Source: Octopus vulgaris (taxonomy: Eukaryota). From it: DNA of 64,000 nucleotides. The position numbers and the translations under genes are program-made. The stretch is from assembly GCA_951406725.2 (NCBI GenBank), contig OX597821.1:89900001-89964000 (forward strand), in the 5' to 3' direction. The notes beneath the pieces were generated by a model. It was not told the origin of the DNA and made no database searches. It was given only the letters and a program-made list of their open reading frames with translations. This document shows positions 1-13,514 of this stretch, one piece after another (position 1 is the stretch's first letter; every line of letters begins with the position of its first letter).

Positions 1-929
1 GGCACACAGCGTATATAACGAAGACATAATAAGGAAGAATGGAAAATTATACAACTCCAAAATTGATTTATTAAAGCATTATTCTCATAAAATTCCGCTC
101 TCACAAGTGTTTCTGCAGGATATGTGTCCTTGTTTCCTTTGATGTAGCAGCTATATGCATTTAACTTATTTCTAATTATTATGTAGGCTTATTAAAAAAA
201 AAAGCAGTATTAATAGCAAATGTAATCTTTATGCTCACGTTAGCATGCATGTTATATTAGAACACTGAATATTTTGTTATTTATCTAGAGAGAAACTCTT
301 GTATGAATTCGTGGTAAATAAAAGCACTTGTATTTATATTGTTGAGAGATAAGAATCGTCTGTTAGAGCCACCAAAATTGTCAGATCATGTAATTTTTGC
401 CCTGTTTTGGGCTTCTGAGTGGCAGACGTCCATTAGCGAAAAAACAATCAAATCTCACTCTAATAGTAATAAAAAGTACTCAATACAGGAGGTAGAGTAC
501 AAGTAGCTTAATTGAGTAAATCAAGAGCAAACTGACTGAAACCACAGCATTCTCTGGGAATCTTTTCTTACAATCTATTGACAAGGATTCAGCAAAAGGC
601 CTAGTACAATAGCTGAGATCAATATTATTACAATTATGGATAAGAGAAAATCATTATTAGTTTATGATTCCTACTTGGTCGAGAAGCATCATAAAGAAAT
701 AATTAAGATCCCTACAGAGACCTATGATGGCAAGAAAATATCTGGTCCAGCTGGTCTTTACATTTGACACACATTCAGAAATTAAGTGGAAGGTTATAAA
801 GTTGAAATGCATTCTGTTGCAGATAAAAATGAACAGGCATGACAGGGATGAATTAGAGAAACTCTACCAATTTACCCAGTTTATCTTGAAGATTACAATA
901 AACTTGAATCATTAGCAAAATAACTTTTA

Positions 930-1356
930 GGATCTTCTCAGTTTGAACGGCAGCTTTTAACATAATTTGTAGGTAACTAAAAAATTTTAAACCTCGTATA
1001 CTGGTAGAATGTGTTTATAAAACATCTTTTTCTCTTGGCTTTATTAAGAAAATTCTATAGTTTGTAAGATATTTGTTGTTTTTTTTCTTCAATTTCTGCA
1101 ATTTCAACCAATCAATGATGTCTATTGAGGTAAAAAATATTCTGTGCCGTATGAATATATCCCTCATTTAAGAAACAGATTGGGTTTATTTACATTTGTG
1201 AAGAAAAAAAGATACCCTTCCCCCTACCCCTAACCCTAACTAACCCAAACCCTAAAACAGATTGAAAGGCAATAGATCGATACTAGGGTCCTAATTATGG
1301 GTGACAATTTCATATGACACCGCTAGAAAAAACTGCCGTTCAATCCGAAAAGATCC
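930..1356. mobile_element. MITE with ~28-bp TIRs (GGATCTTTTCGGTTTGAACGGCAG...), possibly Merlin-like; carries internal CCCTAA repeats
   Basis: Termini ggatcttctcagtttgaacggcag / ctgccgttcaatccgaaaagatcc are inverted repeats; closely similar second copy at 22187-22601. Confidence 0.85.
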
Positions 1357-1424
1357 AATTTTAATAGTCCATCTCTCCATCAGATTTACTGAACACTGGA
1401 ATCAGAAATGTAGAAAAATAAAGA

Positions 1425-1680
1425 CCCCACTTTGGTCATAAATGACCATGGAATTGCAACTAGGAAGTTACCCTCCTAGGCACAAATTCAGGCAAGGTTG
1501 TTTTATGGAAGGCAAGCAGTTGCCTATGCATACCAGCCTCTCCTCTCCACGCTACTGATGCTATCCAAGGGAAAGGCAAAGGCTGATACAGCTTGGCACC
1601 AGTGATGTTGCCACTCATTTCCTCAGCTGAGTGAACTGGACTAATGTGAAATAAAGTATCTTGCTCAAGAATACAAAAGT
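1425..1680 (-). mobile_element. SINE group C fragment (body and tail, head lost)
   Basis: Contains cagctgagtgaactgga...aataaagtatcttgctcaagaa, shared with 9506-9828, 53005-53125 and 53865-54062. Confidence 0.65.
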
Positions 1681-1777
1681 AGTGTTGCATGTCTGAAGAC
1701 GAGCCCTGTACCATGCAACCAGCTTCTCAAAAAAAAACAAAACCTTACACATGCCTAAGTGAGAAGATTATGAATAT

Positions 1778-1996
1778 TACTCTTTTACTCTTTTACTCTT
1801 TTACTTGTTTCAGTCATTTGACTGCGGCCATGCTGGAGCACCGCCTTTAGTCGAGCAAATCGACCCCGGGACTTATTCTTTGTAAGCCCAGTACTTATTC
1901 TATCAGTCTCTTTTGCCGAACTGCTAAGTGACGGGGACGTAAACACACCAGCATCGGTTGTCAAGCAATGCTAGGGGGACAAACACAGACACACAA

Positions 1997-2046
<50 letters not shown>

Positions 2047-2212
2047 GTACGACGGCTTCTTTCAGTTTCCGTCAACCAAATCCACTCATAAGGCATTGGT
2101 CGGCCCGGGGCTATAGCAGAAGACACTTGCCCAAGATGCCACACAGTGGGACTGAACCCGGGACCATGTGGTTGGTTAGCAAGCTACTTACCACACAGCC
2201 ACTCCTGCGCCT
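1778..2212 (-). mobile_element. SINE group A, full length (tRNA-like head, internal TA/CA microsatellite, (GTAAAAGA)n tail)
   Basis: Reverse complement reads AGGCGCAGGAGTGGCTGTGTGG...GGTTCAGTCCC...GACTGAAACAAGTAAAAGAG; more than 12 related copies in the window. Confidence 0.92.
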
Positions 2213-2692
2213 ATGTGTGTGTATCTGTTGACTTTAATTGACAAAGGATTGCCTTACACTCAAATTTGGAAGTCTGATGCAGCAGCTATAGGATTTCAGA
2301 GTAATGTCATTATAAAAATATGTTCACTTAAAACAACAGAAGCTAGAAATTAAAAACAGAAAGATATATAAAAAAAATAAACAAGAATTCTGTGAGCAAT
2401 AAATTTTTGGAAAAATATAATATGGATTCTATATTCTATGGTGGCTCTTTGTCATATGTAACATAATTTACCACTTTATTAGAAATTGATATTTCCTCAA
2501 GAATTCAGAACAACACTAATAACTACAATACATGAAAAAAGGAAAGATATTTTGAAGGAGCAGAGATTGGGTTCAAAAGACATCAGTACTTGACTGGAAT
2601 TTTATTTTATTGGCCTTGGAATAGTGAAGAATAATGTTGACTTCGATGGGATTCCGACTAAGAATCTAAAAAAACAAGAACAAAACAAGAGA

Positions 2693-2865
2693 TACTCTTT
2701 TACTTGTTTCAGTTATTTGATGGTGGCCATGCTGGAGCACCACCTTTAGTTGAATCAAATCGACCCCAGGACTTATTCTTTGTAAGCCTAGTACTTTATT
2801 CTATCGGTCTCTTTTTGCCAAACCACTAAGTTACGAGGACCTAAACACACCAACATCGGTTGTCA
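2693..2865 (-). mobile_element. SINE group A, 3' half
   Basis: Matches the 3' part of 1778-2212. Confidence 0.85.
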
Positions 2866-3019
2866 TGATAATAATAAAAAGAAGAAGAATAGCAATAACA
2901 ATAACAATTACAATAATAATATTAACAACAAAAACAACAGCAACAGCAACAACAATTATAATGATAATAGCACAAGAACAAGCTTTGACCATGAACTAGA
3001 GGGTCAACCTTAAGAACGA

Positions 3020-3299
3020 GCAAGTGTCTCTGCTGTGGTGCATCTGCAATAGAGTAAGTGAAACCATTGTCCATACCATGAATTAATGCCCTAGACTTGT
3101 CCCAAGTCCCTATGAGTTGTGGCAATATGACCAGGTAGTGAAAGTGCCTCATTGGAAAGTGGGTGAAAAGTGGGTGAGTCAGAGACTAGCAAAAGCCTCT
3201 GGGATTTTCCCATTCCAAGAAGATCAGGTGCTAGAGCATAACAGACCGGACCTAGTGGTGGTGGACAAAGTGTACCACATATGCTATATAGTTGATGTT
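3020..3299 (+). pseudogene. Non-LTR retrotransposon relic, restriction-like endonuclease domain (R4/Dong-type)
   Basis: Translation FPFQEDQVLEHNRPDLVVVDKVYHICYIVDV fits the RLE motif HNRPD(I/L)VVxDK...C.IIDV; stops upstream; ends at the GAA array. Confidence 0.7.
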
Positions 3300-3832
3300 G
3301 AAGAAGAAGAAGAAGAAGAAGGAGAAGGAGAAGAAGAAGAAGTAGTTGAAGAAGAAGTTGCCGAAGAAGAAGTTGAAGAAGAAGGAGTGGAGAAGAAGAA
3401 GAAGTAGTTGAAGAAGAAGTTGAAGAAGAAGAAGTTGAAGAAGAAGGCGAAGAAGAAGAATTTGAAGAAGAAGTTGAAGAAATTGAAGAAGGAGAAGAAG
3501 AATTTGAAGAAGAAGAAGAAGAAGAAATAGTTGAAGAAGAAGTTTAAGAAGAAGACGAGGAAGAAGAATTGAAGAAGAAGAAGTTGAAGAAATTGAAGAA
3601 GGAGAAGAAGAATTTGAAGAAGAAGAATTTGAAGAAGAAGAAGTTGAAGAAGAAGACGAAGAAGAAGAATTTGAAGAAGTTGAAGAAGAAGAAGTTGAAG
3701 AAGAATTGAAGAAGTTGAAGAAGTTGAAGAAGAATTTGAAGAAATTGAAGAAGAAGTTGGAGAAGAAGAAATTGAAGAAGAAGAATTTGAAGAAGTTGAA
3801 GAAGAAGGTTTGAAGAAATTGAAGAAGGAGAA

Positions 3833-3898
<66 letters not shown>

Positions 3899-3925
3899 GA
3901 AGAAGAAGGAGAAGAAGAAGAAGAC
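3298..3925 (+). repeat. Long imperfect (GAA)n purine tract (~630 bp)
   Basis: Direct reading; GAA interrupted by GTT/TTT/ATT/GGA units. Confidence 0.97.
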
Positions 3926-4765
3926 ATAGGAAATTACATACAGTGTTCTGAACTCATCACATCAAATCTGGTGTTCATTACAAGTAGAAATCTGCTTCTA
4001 AATAACAAGTGAGACTGTGAGACTAGAAAACATACTTAGAAGTAAACAAAGGAAAACCAATTAGAGTAATAAGCAAACACACAGACACAAAACACTTAAG
4101 AAAACAATAATGAATAAAGTGCAAACTTTGTTGAAAAAATATATCTATTTATGTCATAAGAACATTAAAAAAAAATGAAAATCAAAATCAAGATTTTTTC
4201 CTATTATATTCTAAAATGAAAATGGGCAGATAAAAAGTATACAAAAACTTTTGGTAGAGAGTAATATATCAGAATGAATGCCAACAGCAGCTCAAAGTTC
4301 GGAACTAAAAGCAAAAATTAAGAAACAGCCAATCTGGTTTTAAGTGCAAAAGACCGATGCTTGCTCCAGACAAAACATAATGCTTACATTAAATGGAGAC
4401 AATGTAACTGTTATAGTGACATGGCTGACCTCTTCATTGTTGACTGCCTGTCCTTGCTATGTCTGAGTATATTCACAGACATAATTGAGTTGGAAGCGAT
4501 GTCAACTGGGCAATATCCTGGTACTTAACTATGAAACTATTTATGAAGTTTTATAAACAAGTAAAAAATATGGAATTGGTATATTGTAACAATTTGGTTG
4601 TAATCATCTGAGTCAAGACTGTCCCAACTGGTAAGAACTTTAAGACCAACCATCTAAATATAATGCTAAAGTACTAAATGAAATGGCTCTATCTTTTGAT
4701 AACCTTCTCCATCCATTCTGTCTAAAACATGGAAAAAAACTAAAAGCACAAACACTTTCATATTA

Positions 4766-5009
4766 AAAGTTCATCTTTATCTTAAAAGAATTCCAATGTT
4801 AGAATTTGACAATGTGCAAGTAAATGCTGCAAAGGGATTCACTCTTTACACAAGTAGAAAGCTGAAAGATTATTTGGTATACTCATCATGAATCCAGCCA
4901 CAATTCTCTGTCCATAACAGTATTTCAGGGCACAAATGAGGAAAGGTGAAAAAGAGACAGACAGGTAAAATCCTGGTCAGACAACTGACTGGACAGGTCA
5001 CAAAACCAT
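4766..5009 (+). mobile_element. RTE-type LINE 3' relic, copy 1 of a 244-bp duplication
   Basis: Near-identical to 6160-6403; degraded SLSITVFQGT...DRQ.KSWSDN motif typical of RTE C-termini. Confidence 0.6.
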
Positions 5010-5054
5010 TGGTGTGGAGCATACAAGCAAATGCACTACCAAATATAATTAGTA

Positions 5055-5925
5055 TGTGGGTCAGTTGAAAAGTTCAAAAGCTGACTAAAATACTCACAGA
5101 ATGTGACCAAATAAGGTTTATTTTTCAACGTAGTCTCCCTTGCGGTACACACATTTCTTCCATTGGTGTTGCTGTGTTTGCATCTCATTGGTGAAAAGTC
5201 ATCAACAGCAGATATGACGTCATCATCACTGCAACAGTGATTCCCAGCTAATTGCTTTTTCCTGTTAGAGAAGCAGATGAACGTTAGATGGCTCAAGAAA
5301 TGTTCAAGGAAACCAACTGGATCTGCCTCAAACAATGTCAAATTTTCCCATGATGTGATCAGTCTGATGCACTTTTCATCAAGTGTCAGAAGACATGGCA
5401 CCGACCAAGTAGAAACCTTTGTCATGCCAAGATCATTGTGTAGAATATTCTCAATTCTGACAGAATATGCTAATAGCAGTAGCTATTTGATTTATAGTCA
5501 ATCATCTGTCATCCATTCCCATGTAGTGAACATTATAAGTATTTACTTCAGTGATGGCAGTTGCTGGATGTCCAAACCTTAGGTCATCTTCAAGATTCAC
5601 CATTCCTTCCTAAATTAAGCTGCCCAGTTGATAAAGCTGGAGTGTCATCCCCTAATGTAGTAACCATGTCAACATGAATATCTTTGGAGGCTAAACCCTT
5701 TTTCTCCAGGTACTTGATAACACCATGATGCTGAATTTTGTCCATTTTCAAGAGAAGTTGCTGCTAATTACTCCAGAAGTCTTCTTTGGACAATCAGATA
5801 TCAGTTTATCTGGAAAGGAACAATGCTTTTATTAATAAGAAGTTTTGAAATTAATGCATGCAAGATTTTGCAGCACTGGTATCATTCCTTCATAGTCAGC
5901 CGGTGAACTTTTCAGCCTATCCTTG
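5055..5925 (-). mobile_element. Mariner-type DNA transposon relic, internally deleted
   Basis: Degenerate TIRs (gggtcagttgaaaagttca...gctgacta / tagtcagcc...tgaacttttcagc); minus-strand peptide KKQLAGNHCCSDDDVISAVDDF resembles a mariner transposase C-terminus. Confidence 0.7.
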
Positions 5926-6159
5926 CACAACAGTTATGATAAGAAATAGACAGAAAACAAATAAAACACAACAAACAAGCAATACCAGTGCTGACAGAGT
6001 TGATTCAGTTAAGATTTGAATTCAGATCATGCATATGAGAGAATTTATATTATTTTCTGTTAGACTTTTTTTTAATGATTTCTAATGTAGGAATAAGGTA
6101 TGTTTAATTGAACAGCTAATGTTTGATATTTACATATTAAGCTCAGAAGGATGAAATAT

Positions 6160-6520
6160 AAAGTTCATCTTTATCTTAAAAGAATTCCAATGTTAGAATA
6201 TGGCAATGTGCAAGTAAACGCTGCAAAGGGAATCACTCTGTGTACAAGTAGAAAGATGAAAGATTATCTGGTATACTCATCAGGCATCCAGTCACAATTC
6301 TCTGTCCATAACAGTATTTCAGGGCACAAATGATGAAAGGTGAAAAAGAGACAGACAGGGAAAATCCTGGTCAGACAACTGACTGGACAGGTCATAAAAC
6401 CATAACCCTGCTACACATGATAGAGAAGAACAGAGACCGATGGCAACAGCTGACTGCAAAAGCATCTAGAGTGGTACTCCTATGACCGGTTGTACCAGTT
6501 AAGGAAATTAATAATTGATG
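6160..6520 (+). mobile_element. RTE-type LINE 3' relic, copy 2 with the element's 3' end
   Basis: Duplicates 4766-5009, then continues to an RTE-like terminus gtggtactcctatgacc...ttaagg. Confidence 0.6.
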
Positions 6521-6624
6521 ATCAAATAAATATTGAAAGTATTTTCTTCCATGTAGTAATAAAGATTTCTAACATTATCACAGCAATACATTTTTGTTAG
6601 GCAGAAACACTGCTGTATCTATTA

Positions 6625-7021
6625 CTAGCAGTATCGCCAGGCGTTGCTCGGGTTTGTAAGGGAAATAACTATATAAGCATTTTTAGAGAGTTATAGCCAA
6701 AAAATAGCAAAAAAATGCATTAAAAATGGAAAAAAAATGATGGTAAATTTTTATTTAATCGTTGACTCATCTTAGACATTTTTAGAGAGTTACTTCCCTT
6801 ATATAATAGCGAAAAAATGCATTAAAATGGAAAAAAATGCTGCTAAATTTTTTTTTAAATCGTAGACTCATCGTAGACATGCGCTAATATCCAGAAGGGC
6901 TCGATATGAATCACGACTATAAGATACCCGGTTTTGGTTAAACTGCACCACAAAATGTGAGAGTAGTTAGGAATCTAAATCGTAGGAGACAGACACACAA
7001 CCTCTCTTTTATATATAAAGA
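6625..7021 (-). mobile_element. Non-autonomous Helitron
   Basis: Minus strand reads A|TCTTTATATATAAAA...subterminal hairpin cccgagcaacgcctgg...CTAG|T, the canonical A/TC...CTAG/T Helitron ends with no TSD; internal tandem subrepeat. Confidence 0.8.
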
Positions 7022-7627
7022 TAAACCCTTGTTCATGAATCATTCTTATTTTATTAGACCCAGAGGAATGATCAGCAATGTCAACATGTGTGGGATTTGA
7101 ACTCTAAATGTTGAAGAACATAAATAAATGCTGCAAGCCATTTATACCAGTACAGAATTATATCTATTACTCAGCCATATCTACACCAGAATTCAACAAT
7201 ATCTGTTACCCTGCCATCTTTCCTGCCTTATAGAAATATAACTGGTGATAACAGCAACAAAAAGAAGAATGATTATAAAATCAAAGAAACAAAAGGGAGA
7301 GATTTTGATGGAGAAAATGTACTGATGGTTGTGAGTTCAGTTCTTGACAGGGTCACAAGTAGTCATTCCATCTTTTAAGAGAATCAATAAAATAATGAAA
7401 TACAGTGAATCTATTGAAGAGAAATTGCCAAATTGATAGTTGATAGGCTGCTAGCAGTGATGGAGGCTCCTATTTCTGGACTAGAAATCAATGGATGGCT
7501 TTGACATACACAACCTGCGTAGATCTTCGTTAACTATCTCACGTAGTTTCTTGCGTATGTGTATCTGTCTATGTGTGTATGAATGTGCACGAAGAAGTAG
7601 TACTACACGTGCACGCATACATACACA

Positions 7628-7665
<38 letters not shown>

Positions 7666-8911
7666 ACACACGCATATAGAAATAGATATACACATGTAAG
7701 TTGATACATTTTTGAATAAGTATACTTGCTTGAATACAGACACATGCAATACACATACATAATGGGAAATTGATAGGTGCACACACACACACATGCACAC
7801 ACACACACATGCACACACACACACACTCACACACATATACACACATAAGCTCCCTCTCTCTCTCTTTCTCTTTCTCACACACACACACACTCACACACAT
7901 TATTCATATATATGCATATAAGTGAGAATGTATGAATCTAAATACATTGGTATATACATATGTAATTCTATATGTGCATACTTATACCTGTATATATACA
8001 CACACATGCACAAACGTCTATATATATATATATATACATTAACACACTCACGCACTTACTATATGTACATTCTGATACACATGTACTCAATAATATATGC
8101 ATGTGTGTCTAGGCATATGTGTGTATGCATTTGTGTGGAGAAGGAGGGAAAGAGAGAGAGAGAGGGAGAGAAAGAGAGAGAGAGGGGAGAGAGAGGGAGA
8201 GAAAGAGAGAGAGGGTAGAGAGAGGGAGAGAAAGAGGGAGTGAGAGAGCTATCCACATGCTCATACACATGGAAGTACATACACATTTACACACATACAA
8301 ATTCAAGAAGATAAGTAAAAATTTTAAATAGAAGATACTTTGCAAGGGGGAAATAATTTATTTAAATCTGAAGTGCATGATATCAAAGCTGTATGTTGTC
8401 CCTAGGAAGGGAAAGATAATAAAAAAAAAAAGATAAAAATTAAATAAAAAAAGAATGCAAATAACCAAAGAAATAAAATGTATGGAAGTAAAATAGAAGA
8501 CAGTATTCTGAATTTAGATTCAAAAATATACTTTGTTTCTAATAAAATGCATTGGCTTAAAGAAATCTTAATAATATCACTGATATATGCAATAGATGCA
8601 CACAAATGCATATGAATGATTGCATATAAATAGTCATTGATGTATATGATGCATACCATTAGATGCATATGAATAGACTACAGTGTGAATGGTTCAGATG
8701 GCTGACACCTTTCGCTTGAAATATCTTATTCTGGTCCTGGGATAATATGAAATAAAAATAAGACAGTGGGTTATTTATATCAGTAATTTTATTTGGATTT
8801 TAGTTTGAGGAAGGTTTAGTACCCATTGACTTCATATGTCCACTGGTAACTAGTGTGGTCAATTAATGAACTGTCTAATGTTCAGTTTCTGTTTTGCCTT
8901 GTTATTGTTGA

Positions 8912-9134
8912 TACTCTTTACTCTCTCTCTCTTTTACTTGTTTCAGTCATTTGACTGCGGCCATGCTGGAGCACCGCCTTTAGTTGATCAAATCGACCCC
9001 CGGGACTTATTCTTTTGTAAGCCCAGTACTTATTTTATCGGTCTCTTTTACCGAACCCCTAAGTGATGGGGACGTAAACACACCAGCATCGGTTGTCAAG
9101 CAATGCTAGGGGGACAAACACAGACACACAAACC

Positions 9135-9166
<32 letters not shown>

Positions 9167-9320
9167 CGACAGGCTTCTTTCAGTTTCCATCTACCAAATC
9201 CACTCACAAGGCCCGGGGCTATAGCAGAAGACACTTGCCCAAGATGCCATGCAGTGGGACTGAACCCGGAACCATGTGGTTGGTTAGCAAGCTACTTACC
9301 ACACAGCCACTCCTGCGCCT
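8912..9320 (-). mobile_element. SINE group A, full length
   Basis: High similarity to 1778-2212. Confidence 0.92.
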
Positions 9321-9505
9321 ATATTGTTGATGTTGTTTGCTTTGAGGGCAGTCCTAAATGAGTTGCCCAAGTATAGCTGCCATCCAAAAGTGTTTAGCTT
9401 TGGTTTCAAAGCATTAAGTGGAAAAGATACAAGTATTCTTTTAGCTAGGATATCAGTTTCATAGAGAGGACATTCACATGATTTGGTACTTATTCTTGAC
9501 ATAGG

Positions 9506-9828
9506 AACACTCCGTCGATTACAACGACGAGGGTCCCAGCTGATATGATCAACGGAACAGCTTGCTTGTAAAATTAACATGCAAATGGCTGAGCAATCCA
9601 CAGACACGTGTACCCCTAACGTAGTTCTCAGGGAGATTCAGCATGACACAGTGTGTGACAAAGCTGACCCTTTGAAATACAGGTACAACTCATTTTTGCC
9701 AGCTGAGTGCACTGGAACAATGGGCAATAAAGTGTCTTGCTCAAGGACACAAGGCGTCGCTGAGAATTGAGCTCACGACCTTACAATCAGGAGCCGAACG
9801 CCCTAACCACTAAGCCATGCGCCTTCAC
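9506..9828 (-). mobile_element. SINE group C, full length; tail shared with group D
   Basis: Head GAAGGCGCATGGCTTAGTGGTTAGGGCG (A box); TSD tattct(t/a)gacatag on both sides. Confidence 0.88.
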
Positions 9829-10710
9829 TATTCTAGACATAGAGGTGAACAAAAGCATTAAAGGAAAAATATTATCTGCTTCAGAAGTGAATTAAAACAT
9901 TTGCAGTGGATCTGAACTTGTAAGCTAGGAGATCATAGTTAAAAACGTTTTTAGCCATTTTACTTCTACATTCAGTTAGAAACAAATGTGGTGTGAACTC
10001 CTTTAAAATAGGTAAAAGAAGAAAAGAAAGCCTATATATTGTTGTTCTACCCTCTAGAAATAGCAGCCAAATTTCTTTCAGGTCATACACTAGTATCTTT
10101 AGAAAAAAAGGAGAGTGGAAATGTAGTCCCAAATATAATGATCTGTATTGATCAAACTAGATTTGTAAAATTGTCAGAAATGCTGAAGGTGTCTTAGCTT
10201 AACTCATTAGGCCTTCGTCAACTACAAACTGGCTATGATACATCCACATTGATGGTTTGCAACTTCTGTCTGGAAGCCCTATCTTGTACAGAATATAAAT
10301 TTAGTGGGAACTGGCCAGAAGTCTGCAGCCAGATGGATATTCTTTGCTAGTCACTACAACTTAAATGTTTTGCTTCAACAGCCATCATCCATCCACGTCT
10401 GTTCCAAAAAACAATACTAGCTGCCATTTCAAATTCAGTATCCTTGCTTACCATGTTAATAAAACTGAAAAGCAGGAAGCACCTCTTCTTTAGAAATATC
10501 TTCTTACTCAGAATTCTTAAGGTATGTTATAAACTACCCATGTCAGTTCAGTTATTAGCTGTCAGTACACACTGTACCCTTCAAAACTTCCCTGCTTCCC
10601 GGATTTCACCAACATTACTCCTAATGTACTTATGCACCCTTTTGACTTCATCACTCTTGTACTGTATACCTTTGTCTTTCTGTGTTTTATCCTGTGTGCT
10701 AAATATGTTA

Positions 10711-10914
10711 GAAGGGGTGCTGAAAAGTTCCTGGCTTTGGGTAAAAGAAAACACTGAAGAATCAGTTAATTATGATTTTATTGAACTTATTCCCAACACA
10801 AATTCACACACTTATTGCAGCGGTCCTTCAGTTTTCCTAAGCCCTGTAAGGTCGGGCCTCCAATCAGGCTTTTTTTGATACCCTTAAAGCCAGGAACATT
10901 TCAGCACCCCTATG
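10711..10914. mobile_element. Mariner-type MITE
   Basis: TIRs aggggtgctgaaaagttcctggcttt / aaagccaggaacatttcagcacccct with TA flanks; related copies at 47456 and 48941. Confidence 0.82.
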
Positions 10915-11060
10915 TACTTTTGGCTGTCATTGCTGTCTCTATTAACAAGACTTATTGCTGCTTTCTATCCTCACTTTTATCCTTTTCCAATCACATGTAG
11001 AAGACCTGACCACTGTATACAATAAGCATTTTGTTCTTGTTATTATACATAGTGATTGTA

Positions 11061-11410
11061 GAGGCGCAATGGCCCAGTGGTTAGGGCAGCGGACTTGCGG
11101 TCATAGGATCACGGTTTCGATTCCCAGACCGGGTGTTGTGAGTGTTTATTGAGCGAAAACACCTAAAAGGGATGGGGGTGATCCCTGCTGTACTCTTTCA
11201 CCACAACTTTCTCTCACTCTTACTTCCTGTTTCTGTTGTACCTGTATTTCAAGAGGCCAGCCTTGTCACGCTGAATATCCCCGAGAACTATGTTAAGGGC
11301 GCACGTGTCTGTGGAGTGCTCAGCCACTTACACGTTAATTTCACAAGCAGGCTGTTCCGTTGATTCGGATCAACCGGAACCCTCATCGTCGTAACCGACG
11401 GAATGCTTCC
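11061..11410 (+). mobile_element. SINE group D, full length
   Basis: tRNA-like head GAGGCGCAATGGCCCAGTGGTTAGGGCAGCGGAC...GGTTTCGATTCC; 13-bp TSD atacatagtgatt. Confidence 0.9.
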
Positions 11411-12151
11411 AAATACATAGTGATTCTTGGAATAACTTGCATCCTATGTATTTTGGATCAGGTTTGGCCTCAAGAGATTATCAACAGCTACTAATGTATG
11501 CATAGTTGAATGATTAATAAGTATTCTTATCAACTGCTTTTGGTTAATTAAGGATTTGTGAATGAAATTTAATAGCAGGAAATATTATGTTAGTCCATTG
11601 GTATTACTTTTCTGGTTGCACCAGTGATAGTTCATATCACTGAGATGTTAGGTGGTAAAATGAAAATGACTAAGAATGCAGAGGACAATATACAAGTGAG
11701 AAACAATGCTACAGATACAAACAGTAAAACTGCACAAAATAAACACACACATGCATGCATGTGAATGCACGCACACACACACACACATATACACATGGTA
11801 ATCTTTGAAAAGGCATGGAAATGAAAGACTAACTGAGCAATAACATAACATGAGAAAGCAAAAAGGGGACATTCATCACATCATAAACAAGTGGAAAAAA
11901 ACAGGTATTTAAAAACAACTGACATTCATATTAGAAATGACAGAATGAAAGAGAAAAAATGGAGATCAGTCCTGTAGTAGCCGTAATAGCAAGCAGGGCA
12001 AGGGTACAAAAGAAGAGAAGCAGAAAGGAAGCTTGAAGTGTCAGGTCAACAAATAACTTGGAGGACAAGATCCCTCAGCTGAAGAGGGTAGTAGTCTTGA
12101 GGCACAGAAAAGGTGTCTCATATTAGAAGAGAAACATGGGTACTTGGGATG

Positions 12152-12192
<41 letters not shown>

Positions 12193-12647
12193 CAGAGAAA
12201 GGTGGTGAAGATGGAATAGGAGGGTGAGTAGTAGTGTTTATAAGAAAATGAACTGGGGATTGGAGAGGGTGAGCAGGTGGTTGAGTTCACAAAATTTCGA
12301 AAGGAGTAAGAAATACAGGTGGGAGATGTACTAAGTAGGCACTGACTGAATAAGGAGGTAATTAAGATATGTTGTTGGGACGGAAATTAATAGGCACAGG
12401 TAGATAGTTAGATACCCGAGGAAGAATAGAGATCTGTGAGAAACAGCAGCAGTAATCATGTTTGTGCCGTGGAATAGGGAGTGAGGGGCATGGACATCGA
12501 TTTTACTTAATTGGGCAGGTAAATCGCTAGTTATCTCGGTCCTTTGTCAGCTCCACTGTGAGGCTCAACATCTTAAGATCATTTCTCACCACTTGATCTT
12601 CCTTTTCCACAGCTTTTCTTCACATTTAGAGACATATATAGATAGAT

Positions 12648-12650
12648 ATC

Positions 12651-12738
<88 letters not shown>

Positions 12739-12815
12739 CCTATCTATCTATCTACCTATCTATCTATATATATATAAATATATATACATATGTTTACATA
12801 TATATATATTTATAC

Positions 12816-12848
<33 letters not shown>

Positions 12849-12879
12849 TATATATATACATACATATATATATATACAT

Positions 12880-12925
<46 letters not shown>

Positions 12926-13011
12926 GTTTACATATATATATATTTATACATATATATATATATATATACACACACATATATATATATACATACATATATA
13001 TATATATACAT

Positions 13012-13044
<33 letters not shown>

Positions 13045-13113
13045 CACTATATATATTTATAAATATATATACATGCACACACGCACACATATATATGCAT
13101 ATGTATATATACA
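12648..13113. repeat. Compound (TATC)n + (TA)n/(CA)n microsatellite
   Basis: Direct reading. Confidence 0.95.
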
Positions 13114-13114
13114 T

Positions 13115-13514
13115 AGGCGCAGGAGTGGCTGTGTTGTAAGTAGCTTGCTTACCAACCACATGGTTCCGGGTTCAATCCCACTGCGTGGCATCTTGGGTAA
13201 GTGTCTTCTGCTATAGCCTCGGGCCGACCAATGCCTTGTGAGTAGATTTGGTAGTCGGAAACTGAAAGAAGCCTCCCGTATATATGTATATATATGTGTG
13301 TGTGTATATGTTTGTGTGTCTGTGTTTGTCCCCCCACCATCGCTTGACAACCAATGCTGGTGTCTTTACGTCCCCGTCACTTAGCGGTTCGGCAAAAAGA
13401 GACCGATTGAATAAGTACTGGGCTTACAAAGAATAAGTCCTGGGGTCGATTTGCTCGACTAAAGGCGGTGCTCCAGCATGGTCGCAGTCAAATGACTGAA
13501 ACAAGTAAGAAGAG
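13115..13514 (+). mobile_element. SINE group A, full length
   Basis: Similarity to the other group A copies. Confidence 0.92.

Noticed and set aside
3117-3927. Glu-rich and Ser/Phe-rich ORFs
   Set aside because: Translations of the GAA tract; only the short RLE fragment is protein-derived
11061-11135. tRNA gene-like sequence (also at 20420-20491 and 57087)
   Set aside because: A and B boxes are present, but the sequence continues into a SINE body with TSDs and lacks a proper acceptor stem
12070-12120. CTGAAGA...GAAA hammerhead-like words
   Set aside because: No stem II, no valid NUH triplet and no stem I
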